DNA of 64,000 nucleotides. Origin: Oculina patagonica (lineage: Eukaryota). The position numbers were made by a program, and so were the translations under genes. The stretch is from NCBI RefSeq assembly GCF_052425735.1, contig NC_135762.1, positions 27,838,001 through 27,902,000 on the forward strand, read 5' to 3'. Under the pieces are notes generated by a model. The model made no database searches. It was given only the letters and a program-made list of their open reading frames with translations, and was not told the origin of the DNA. This document shows positions 1 through 11,500 of this stretch, piece after piece. Each line of letters starts with the position of its first letter. Within the stretch, counting starts at the first letter, position 1.

Positions 1-1879
1 GTTTGTTATTCACCACTGGAATTATACATTGCTGACCTAAGAAACATGGCAGGAAGGCAGAACTCGCACAAGAATCAATCAGGGTAGAAGGTGCGAAAAA
101 TAAGGCGTATTTGAACAATTAAGACACTTGCTACACAGACATGCATTCATTGTAGATAGAGTAGCTCCTGTTGGATTTATCCTTGTGCCACTAAACTTGG
201 CAGCCTTGAAATGGTTCAATGCTTCTGCATGAACAAAGTAATGTATTCACTACAAAGCAAAATTTTATGTTTTGATCCTAGAATCCTCACTTTTGTATTT
301 CCTGTGACATACTCCCGTAGAAAGTCCTGTTATTGTATTTTATGTCAGGGCCGTTCCTAGGCAATTTTAGTGGTAGTAAAGGCAGGTACGCCCCTGTATG
401 TCTTGGATCAAATTCTTGCTACAATGATATTATTGTTCAATTTCCCCTTGAGTTATAACCTATTTTTTGTTAAAATGGCAGTGACAATGGCACCTTTAAA
501 TACCTCAAATTTCTTGCATTAAATGTAAAAACTGTTTACATTTTTAGAATCTTCATAAAGTATTCTATAAGCTGAAAACTTTCGTTGCTTTGAGTTGTTA
601 TTTGTCCTATTTTTACTTTAGTGACAAGGGACGAGAATTCACCACCCTGGCCTCCAGCAAAGTTAAGTTTATGTCGCTCTTCCTCAACTTTGAGCAGCCA
701 AATTATAAAGGGTCTCGTCTACTCAGGTATTAAGACATGACTTCGAACATTACAGAAGATAACAATAGCGAATTCCACCGGTATCTTGTAATTTCCAGCC
801 CTTTAGGCTTTTCGACGGCTGGTGGAAACGGCAGCCTGCAAATTGCTCTAAGTTTCGTTTGTTTTCATATTGAAATCTCATTTAACGCCGGTCTAATGTA
901 ACGCAAAATAGAATCAGCTTATAAATATTTATACTTAGCTTTTAGCAAGCTCCACTTGGCCAAGATGCACCCTAGGGAAATCCGGATTGCTTGTCCAATT
1001 TTTTACTGACCACTTTCGGCGGGAGAGAAGGCGGCGCGCTGGACGAGGCTTGAAAGACATTCGCGACGGCCTTGACCCTTGTTGACTGTTCTCCGGCTTG
1101 ACAAGAGAATAGTATATTCTAGTTGAAGAAATCGTCTTGTTCTTTATAAGTCGTTCATTCACATTAAGCTTACATAATCTCGGGCAAACGAAGGCATGTT
1201 GTCTCCACCATACAAATAATGCTGTAGTGTCGGGTTTAGCCGCGGTTTGGAGACTACAGGACCTTGAAGCCGAGTCGGTAGAGTGGCCATATTCCGGTAG
1301 AGGTAATCTGTTCTGTGTGTGCATATCAAGTTCCTGAGTTGCTGGACCGAATACCTGTTCAGTAGTAGTGCGATGCCTTCGACAGATCGTCCGCACATTT
1401 ATCTTCGAATGACAGAATAAAATGTGTAAAACCGGAACGTACTTCGTGGGCAGATACCAGGATAACTCATAAAGTACTGATGGAGCGATGTTGAAGCGAA
1501 AAACAATCGAAAGATATCACAGCAATAATTATTATTGTGAAAACTCTTTTAGGGAGCTCAGAGAATTTGAAGTAAAACTACTCAAGTCTAGATAAAACCG
1601 CATGGCCTTGATTGACATAATAGAAAAGGGGCGATGTGATTGGCCAGCCCGAATAGCGCATCACACTCAGAAGTGAGTTTGACCTATGAATGTAACGCAA
1701 GAGTGATAGTCTTGCAGCATATTGCGTGACAGATCTGCGTAATTGAATAGAGTGATCTTATGACTTCTCTGAACTCCTTTCATGGTTGTCACATTAACTT
1801 TAATTTATATTACATGTAAATTGGCATTTATATTACATATAAATTTGCTTTCATTTATTCATTCAATCGTTCGTTCGTT

Positions 1880-2143
1880 NNNNNNNNNNNNNNNNNNNNN
1901 NNNNNNNNNNNNNNNNNNNNNNNNNNNNNNNNNNNNNNNNNNNNNNNNNNNNNNNNNNNNNNNNNNNNNNNNNNNNNNNNNNNNNNNNNNNNNNNNNNNN
2001 NNNNNNNNNNNNNNNNNNNNNNNNNNNNNNNNNNNNNNNNNNNNNNNNNNNNNNNNNNNNNNNNNNNNNNNNNNNNNNNNNNNNNNNNNNNNNNNNNNNN
2101 NNNNNNNNNNNNNNNNNNNNNNNNNNNNNNNNNNNNNNNNNNN
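1880..2143. other. Assembly gap (N run)
   Basis: 264 N, preceded by a (TTCA/TTCG)n microsatellite. Confidence 0.99.
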
Positions 2144-2344
2144 GACTAAAATATGGAAAATCGATCATGACACTTGTTATCGTTTTCATGTGCAGAATGT
2201 TGTATAAGTGGAGAAAACGTTTCTATCTACGCACGTCGGTATGTTCTTGGAATAACAGCCTGTGCTCTTGCTTTTTTTTTAATGGTTGTGGTGGTAAAGT
2301 GCAAAACGTTTGCGATAAGGCTGATTGGACATTAAAACACTTAC

Positions 2345-2533
2345 CTTCACATGTAAAATTTCCGATGTCCCATGCAACATCAGTTGAATTAATCAGCCGG
2401 CAAGTGGCAAGGTTGCCACCATGTGTAACATATCCGTCTTTGCAGTCAAGTGTACAGGTTGATCCTAAGGTGGTGTAACAGGGAAGCCAAACTATTCCAT
2501 TTTCTGTTGGATAAAGTCTGCCACAACTTTTCA
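2345..2533 (-). CDS. Exon 13 (Sushi/CCP-like)
   Basis: [63 protein letters not shown]; GTAAGT donor. Confidence 0.85.
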
Positions 2534-5500
2534 CTGTGTTAAGAAATAAACGCAATAATCAGGAAGCGAAGAAGAAGACGAAGAAGAAGAAAAAAAAGAA
2601 GGAGAAGGAGAAGAAGAAGGAGTAAGAGGAGAAGGAGGATAAGGGGGAGGTGAAGGAGGAGGATGACGATTTCGAGAGCAGAACTCCAACCAACAAGTAC
2701 AATTTATTCGAACTGACTTAAAACAACCGTTACAAGCATATATAAAGTCAATTACATAATGACACTCACATTCCACACACATTCCACACGCACGCATTTA
2801 TACGCTTATTATACATCCCTCTTTGCAAAAATAAGTATATTATAACAAAGCTAGTGAAAGCGAAATAACAAGCACAAAAATTCAGAAAGTAAAGCAGTCA
2901 AAACAATGTCAGTAACAATTCTAGTGGCTGAGCAAGCTCATAGACGGTAAATGTCTTAAGTCAAGTTACATAGTCCTGAAACTTTGGATTTGGTCTTGAA
3001 ATCCTCCCCGAACTAGTAACATAACGTTCTGAGCCACGTGCTGAGACCTGGGGTCTGACAGGTGCATTCGCCGAAGAGTGCTTTGGGACTGCAGATTTGA
3101 GGCCCAACGGCATGCGAAGAAATCGGTAGTCACGTTTGATTTGCAAGAAACCACTTCTCGCGTCAAGTGTGGAGAACACTGTGGCATTGGGCATGCGCGA
3201 TGCAACATCTTCAACCGTTCTTGGAGTCTTCTAAGGGCTTTGTTGAGATTTCTCGGATCGATGCAGATGCGGATACTACCGTCTTTCTTCTTCTTCAGTC
3301 GGTTCGGACACAGGTACAATTGCTCCAATCTTAACCATCTTGTCAAGCTCTTTTTTCACACTCTCTTCTATTGCAAGGGGTATTCTGAGAGTTGGTCTGA
3401 CAACAGGAGCTGCATTGGGGTCAAGCCTCATCTTGTAAACGACAGCTAGATTGCCCAGATCGCCTTCAAATAAATCTTTGTAGTCTTCAAGTATTGTTGT
3501 ACGGAAGGCATCAGCAGCTTCAACTTCGAGGACCTTGCTGTGCAACTGAATGAGATTCAAACTTAGAGAATCCGAAAGACCAAGAAATGGCGTTACTGCG
3601 GGTTTGTCAGTGACGTGAAATTCCAGGCAACAGGATATCGACTTCGTGTGAAGCTGGAACGTCACAGTTCCCAGTGTAGCCAATGTGTCTCCGCCGTAGG
3701 CAACTAATTGCGCCGCTTTCGTGTGATCAATCTTCTCATTGCGGCTGATCCGAACAAATCAAGTGTGATGACATTGCATTTAGCGCCAGTGTCAATTTTG
3801 ATTTCAACTTGTTTGCCATATTTCCATCGTGCAATAGATTTCACGCTTGTAACATGGGATTGAAGTAATGACATCGATAACAAATCAATCATTATCTTGT
3901 GCGATAGGAAGCTCGGGAGAAATTCGTCAACAGGAAGCCTGCGATTGGGCCGTTGAACATTTGAATCTCGATTGAACCGGTGACCATTGAAACCTCGACT
4001 CGTACTTGGATGCCCGCCAGCGCGTTTTAAACGACAAACTTTTTCAAAATGATTGAGCTTTCCACAATAAAGGCACTTCTTGCCAAACACTGGACAGGAT
4101 TTCTGCTTAGGTGCATGGTTGCCGCCACAATTCTTGCAATTTTGGACGTCAGGTTTCAAATCTTTCTTCGGAAATTATCCTCTTTTGCCAACGCTATGAA
4201 CTTCTTCCTTTGAATCGCTGACATTGCTCTAGGGTTCGCTGCTGTTTCTGTCGGATACTTCGTTTGCAACACCAATGTCGATAGTGCGGTCGAGTGTGAG
4301 CTCTCTTTCTTTCAAAAGCTGCATTCTGATGAGCGGAGAGGCGACACCATATACTATTTTTTCGCGAATAAGCTCTTCCTTCAAATTGCCATACTCGCAT
4401 GTGTTTGCTAGGATTCTTAGCTCGGCCACAAAAGACTGAAATGGTTCACCTACTTTCTGTACTCTTGTATTAAATTTATGTCGTTCCACGATGACGTTTT
4501 CACGAGGGTCGCAGATTTCGGCAAATTTTCTTTCGAATTCCAGCACTTCGATACTTTCGCGAGATTCTGATGCGATTCGAACGCTTCCATCTTCGTTCAG
4601 CACAGCGGAGCGTAAACAAGATAATTTTTCTTTTCAATGGCTTTCCTTACTGCTAAATGTAAGAAAGTGTACGCTTTAGTTTTGTCATCCTTTTCTCCGT
4701 GTGCGGCAGCGATAAATATTTCCACCTCTTGCTTGAAGTTCTTCCAATTTAACGAGGCATTTTCCTCGAAGTCCAGCGGCTCAGTTTTTCGGAGTCCATC
4801 TGCCATTCGACGAGCGAAGCTTGTAACTGTTAATGTATCAGAGGAACCGGGCGATGCGGATTTTTACTCCTGACACCATGACGATTCCGAGAGCAGAACT
4901 CCAACCAACAAGTACAATTTATTCGAACTGACTTAAAACGTCCGTTACAAGCATATATTAAGTAAATTACATAATGAAACTCACATTCCATACGCACGCA
5001 TTTACACGCTCATTCTACAGAGGAGAAGAAGAAGGAGAAGACGGAGGAGAAGGAGGAGGAAAAAGAGTAGGAGGAGAAGAACAAGAGGGTATCATTATAT
5101 ATTTTTGTTCGTTCTCAGAACAAAACGTTTAATGTCTTAAAAAAATGTTGTGATTTGTTTTCTTGTCTGGCTCATAACTTAGAGACTGTTTTCCAGTCAC
5201 TAGTATTCTCGTACAGAATCTGTGTGTGTATTTCATAACGATTTGTTACTTCGAGTTTCTTTATTTGCATGCTTATTTGTTTTAAGAACAAAAGAAGAAA
5301 CCACGTCAGTAGGTTGGTTGTAGCTCTGCGGCACTGCGCCATAGTCGGTTCAGCGGTGTTTATTGTTGTATTTAAGGCCGGGCTTTCAGTTCCTAGGTGA
5401 CCGCCATCTTTGTCTTATCTTGTTCTTATTGCGTGAAGATATCGCTTGTATTAAAGTTTACGCTTGCGGATCATCAGGGCCTTATGTGTCTATGAAAACT

Positions 5501-8500
5501 ACTGGCGAAGATACCTTTGTATTGCCACCTTTTAAAAACGTAAAACAGTAAACTCAGTGAAAAATGGCGCCTTCTATTGGATAGACGTCACTTCGTGTGC
5601 TTCTTATTTTTTTTTAAATGTCATCTAACCCTTATTCTAGATTCCCAGACGAACGTGCAAACCAAATAAAATGAAAAGTTTTACCAATGCATGAAGCTTG
5701 CTGACCATCCCATTTTGAAGTGTTAAGGCACGTTCGCTTGTTAGAGCCTTTTATGTCGTATCCTTGCTCACACGAAAACCAACAGGTCTCATTAGTTACC
5801 AAGCCGCTACAGTTCATGCGTCCATGAGGTGAAGCCGTGATCGTCTCACAAGGAAGACCTGACATTAGACAAAAACGAAGAGTGTAAGTCGATATTCAGC
5901 GGTACTGGTCAATTGCAAATTGCCCCGACGAAAGCAATTTTGTCGTTTACTTTGCCCTAAACTTTGTCAGTACCCGTTAGACATTGACTTTGGTTTACTC
6001 GCTGTTTGAAAAATCACAGGAAACATTCTTCAAGGTAGATTTATTCCGAAATAATACACAAAAGCAAGCTTTTACCTTCACAAGTCCTCACATCAGATTT
6101 AAGTTTGTAGCCATGGAAACATGAGCAAGCATAGGAACCGGGAGTGTTGTGGCACTTGTGTTCACAAGAATGGGTCCCTGTTTTGCACTCATCTACATCT
6201 GCGTAACAAAAAATAAATTTGAGTATTAATGACAGAAAGCAGTAAAATAGTCAGTCACTTCCAAGTCAGTTACGATCCGTAATACAGTCGGGCAGTCGAT
6301 CGGTCGGTCTGTCATTCGCTGAGCCAGTTATTCAGTCCGTCCGTCCGTCAGACGGTCCGTCCGTCCGTCCGTCCGTCCGTCCGTCCGTCCGTCAGTCAGT
6401 CAGTCAGTCCGTCAGTTAGGTCAGTTCGGTAGGCAACTGATCGGAAGATATTTATAAGTGTTTTAAGTTTTGGTTTCAAGCTTCAAGAAATCACAAAAAT
6501 CTATACCTCGGCACCGTTTTCCATCATATAACAGCTGAAATCCTTGGTTGCAGCTGCAGGTATAGTTCCCTGGCGTGTTATGACAAAGCTGATCGCATCC
6601 TGCAGGTATTATTGTTTTGTTGAGACTCGCTACATACACGGGACTGCATTCATTTACGTCTGAGAAGAAAAAATGGAAAAATATAGTTACTTGAACGCCA
6701 TTCATAGGATTCTTACGGCGTTGAGTAAATATGAATTTAAAATGCATGCCATTGTTATATACTTTGGAGTTCGGACTGAAATTTTTCTTTAATAGCTGTT
6801 GAGTCTACTTGTGGAAACTGCTAACCAATAAAATATGACCGTCTTTTTTTACTTTAAAGTGATTATGAAGTAAAAATAATTGTCACTTATTTAAAGGCCA
6901 TTTACAATAAAGAACAATGGCGTTGTGTGCAAATAAGGAAAGTGATGATGTCATTAATCGTTCCACTAGAAGATAAAGCACTAAAAAAATAAAACGTAAA
7001 ACGTAAAACAGTAAAAATAAAAATATTACAGCGGTGTTCTTTAAACTTGGCACCATTGATGTAGTTTACAAAAGGTACAAGAAGATATTTCAAAACGGAA
7101 AACGCCATTCTTCTTTATTTTTAAAAGCCTTTCAAATAGGCATCAATTAATTTTTACTTCATAGGCACTTTAATATGTATTTTTATTTGCATTGTTCCTC
7201 TTACAATTTCCCAAAGGCAAGCAGACTAGCAAGTAGACCAACAAAAACACATACAGACAGACAGACAGACAGACATGCCAACAGACAGACAGGCAGACAG
7301 GCAGACAAACAGACAGACAGACAGGCAGGCGGGCAAACAACCAGACAGACATCGAATTATTGGGGCAACATATTTATATCTAAACCATCTGTTATATTTT
7401 CCTAAACCTCAGAGGCTATTTTTGGGTCGTCACTTATCACACCACAATGTGAAACTAACCGGAACAGGTCCTGTTGTCTTTGTTCACTGCATATCCACTA
7501 CGGCACGAGCAAAAGAAGCCTCCGAGGAAGTTGTTACACACATGCTGGCAACCATGATGTCCTGTCAAACATTCATCGTGATCTGGAAGGTAACAATGAT
7601 TATGTTTTTGCTTTTTTAGTTTTCTTTAATACTCCATGGTCTAGCACTTAACACGTGAAATATACTTCTCAAATGCATTAATAATTCATGCATTTACAAG
7701 CCAATCAGGACACGCCAATTTGGTCAGGTGCGTTTGTTTTGAAACCCCGATAGTTTGATGACACACTCGTGTGATGTACGTTTATCCTAGTTTAAATATT
7801 AATGACACAAACACCGACTGAATAGAAAAGCTTCTGCTTAGAATCACTGTTAAGTTTAGGTACGTTTACCGTGCAATTTAAAAACCTTCCGGATTTTCTC
7901 GTTGCAACCACCGTTCTTATTTGCACCGAGTTTTTGACGAATTTCGTAAGCCAATTTAAAAACAGACAATCCAGGTCCTCCAACTTTGCACGCAGTGAAC
8001 AACATGATCCTTAAAACACTTCACCGGTCAAGTAAAGGTCTCAAAACCTCAGCGGTTCACTTGTCTTTGTACTGTGTGCTTCTACGCATGGACTATACAA
8101 GCAAGAAATTTTCTTGCATACTTAAATCCTCAGCTAACCCGTCCACCCGCCAACACTTCTTTTAATTCGATCGGGAATCCAAAGGGAACAGGTTTTTTAG
8201 TCGCAAGACTTTAAAGCACAAATGACTCTCGTTAAACAAAGTCAATTTTATTTATTTTTACTTACCTGAGCAAGACCTTCCATTTGAATCCAAGATGAAT
8301 CCCACGCGACACTCGCAGCGATAGGAACCCTCAGTATTGACGCACGCGTGAGTGCAAAAACCGTTACTTGACTGGCATTCGTCTATGTCTAAAATGTATG
8401 AAAAATACAACAAAAATCTTTAAGGCAAGTAGGCAAGTCGCTAATTTTAACCTTAGGAAAAAATGTATTATTGCAACTGTTTCCATTTAGGCGAAACCTC

Positions 8501-11500
8501 ATTTAGTCGAATTTTTTATTATCAAGTCCCATATAACACTAGTTTTTGAACTTTAAAGGATAAATATTTGACAATAAAAATAAGCGACAGTAAGACACAA
8601 CGTTTCGATGTCATCCTGACATCATTTTCAAGTGACAAATAAAATAACGGTTCAACAGTGTTATATATGCGGTTAGAGGTGTGATGTTTCATTAACATAT
8701 TTGTTTTAAACAAATAGTTTCGCGCGGATAGAATCCGATTGCGTGTTCAGGCTAGGTTTATTCTTTCTAATAAACAACATTTCGTAAATCAAGCAGTCCA
8801 GTTTTCCGCTGCATTTCTTTAGGACGGAAAAATTACTGGTAAGGTCGCCGATGTTATTAAGGCCGTGATCGTTCTTTAAATGCTTCCCGATTGCGGAGAA
8901 CCTATGTTCATCAATACGTTGGTGTAGGTGCCGGCTGGTATAGCCGACATAATCTGCATCGCACAGATCACATTGGTAATTGTACACAACGCATTGTTGA
9001 TTTATTAAAGGTGGTTTTGGTTCACGCATCTTGAGATCTTCACCGATTTTGCGACTCTTGAATACTGGTTGAAGAGCGTGATCGATTTTCTTGCTCAGGT
9101 CAGATAGTTGTTTTTTGACTCCGTCGGCCGACGTTTGATCTTTAAAAGGTAATACCACTCGGTGAATGATATCCTTGTTGTTAGGTACTTCAGCTGGCAC
9201 GAGAGGATCTTTGGTCATCACTGAGGTGACAAAGTGAGAAATGGTTGAGTTAATTAGGCTTGCAGGGTACTTGAGGTTCGTAAACATCAGCTTCAGGCGG
9301 TCACATTCAGTCACGAAAGACTCCCATGTAGATGACAGATGAAAAGCACGGTTTACCATGGTTTTTATGAGCGACTTCTTGTACCTTTTGTCGACATGGC
9401 TTTGGTGATGGAGCAGCAGGCCGGTATTTGTTGGCTTCCGGTAAACACTGGTTTCCAGTTGGTGACCTTTCTTAAGTATTTCCATACCAACAAATGGTAA
9501 CTTGTTGTCAGAAGCTAGCTCCATTGTGAATTGTATGGATGGGTGACAGTTGTTAAGTGTTGTTAAAAAGGCTTCTGCTGCTGGCACATCTTTCATCGTG
9601 GCAAGCGTGTCGTCGACATATCGCCTGTAAAACTCTGGGAGCTTGTTGTCATGTTCTAATTTCTCTTCGATGGAGCAGAGAAATGCATTCGCCATAAGGG
9701 GTCCCAAAGGTGAGCCCATTGCCACTCCGTCAGTCTGTTCGTAAAGCTTGCCATCGAACTGGAACAATTGGTTCTTAGTTGCTACTTCAAGAAGTTGAAT
9801 CAGATCAGGCTGAGTGATGTTCATCTTGTGGGTTTCGTATGGGCTCACCTTTGGGACCCCTTATGGCGAATGCATTTCTCTGCTCCATCGAAGAGAAATT
9901 AGAACATGACAACAAGCTCCCAGAGTTTTACAGGCGATATGTCGACGACACGCTTGCCACGATGAAAGATGTGCCAGCAGCAGAAGCCTTTTTAACAACA
10001 CTTAACAACTGTCACCCATCCATACAATTCACAATGGAGCTAGCTTCTGACAACAAGTTACCATTTGTTGGTATGGAAATACTTAAGAAAGGTCACCAAC
10101 TGGAAACCAGTGTTTACCGGAAGCCAACAAATACCGGCCTGCTGCTCCATCACCAAAGCCATGTCGACAAAAGGTACAAGAAGTCGCTCATAAAAACCAT
10201 GGTAAACCGTGCTTTTCATCTGTCATCTACATGGGAGTCTTTCGTGACTGAATGTGACCGCCTGAAGCTGATGTTTACGAACCTCAAGTACCCTGCAAGC
10301 CTAATTAACTCAACCATTTCTCACTTTGTCACCTCAGTGATGACCAAAGATCCTCTCGTGCCAGCTGAAGTACCTAACAACAAGGATATCATTCACCGAG
10401 TGGTATTACCTTTTAAAGATCAAACGTCGGCCGACGGAGTCAAAAAACAACTATCTGACCTGAGCAAGAAAATCGATCACGCTCTTCAACCAGTATTCAA
10501 GAGTCGCAAAATCGGTGAAGATCTCAAGATGCGTGAACCAAAACCACCTTTAATAAATCAACAATGCGTTGTGTACAATTACCAATGTGATCTGTGCGAT
10601 GCAGATTATGTCGGCTATACCAGCCGGCACCTACACCAACGTATTGATGAACATAGGTTCTCCGCAATCGGGAAGCATTTAAAGAACGATCACGGCCTTA
10701 ATAACATCGGCGACCTTACCAGTAATTTTTCCGTCCTAAAGAAATGCAGCGGAAAACTGGACTGCTTGATTTACGAAATGTTGTTTATTAGAAAGAATAA
10801 ACCTAGCCTGAACACGCAATCGGATTCTATCCGCGCGAAACTATTTGTTTAAAACAAATATGTTAATGAAACATCACACCTCTAACCGCATATATAACAC
10901 TGTTGAACCGTTATTTTATTTGTCACTTGAAAATGATGTCAGGATGACATCGAAACGTTGTGTCTTACTGTCGCTTATTTTTATTGTCAAATGTTTATCA
11001 AAATTTAGTCTTATTCGAAAGGATAAATATAAATGATAACATAACTTTACCTTTACAATGAGTACCATTATTCTGGCTGGTCGGTAGATATCCACGAAAA
11101 CATCCGCATGAAAATTTTCCAGGAAGATTCTGGCATCTCTGTGGGCATCCTCCGTTTGCTGTTAAACACTCATTGATATCTAAACGACAAAGAACGTCAG
11201 TCACCTACATAAAACAGTCAGTCAACAATTGGCAGCGGTATATATTTCAGTGTTTCAAAAGTTATGACCGTTTGAAGCAGCACCTGTACGAGTAATAACG
11301 ACGATATAAGCGGAAATGTTGTTATTACTCGCACATGTGCTGATACCTGCAGATGGATACAAATGGTCATAGCTTTGATATACTGAAAACTTACATGCGA
11401 TTTTGCATATTTTAGCCGATAAAGGACTACACTTTTCGGCTGTGTAGCGTAGAGTTATCAGCTAGGTCCCGAAGTTAAAATATTCGTTTCTGAATCAAGG

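Larger units (their letters stand above)
8568..11017. mobile_element. Penelope-like element (Penelope/Poseidon type): two 5'-truncated copies joined head-to-head as an inverted repeat
   Basis: Arms ~8566-9719 and 9839-10992 appear identical, with a 119-bp spacer. A 13-bp direct repeat AAAGGATAAATAT at 8555-8567 and 11018-11030 is a possible TSD. Confidence 0.92.

Noticed and set aside
1782-2207. ORFs spanning the N run
   Set aside because: Artefacts of the assembly gap
7170-7619. Low-complexity ORFs (TDRQ/CLSV repeats)
   Set aside because: Translations of the (CAGA)n microsatellite; the real exon is 7460-7582 on the minus strand
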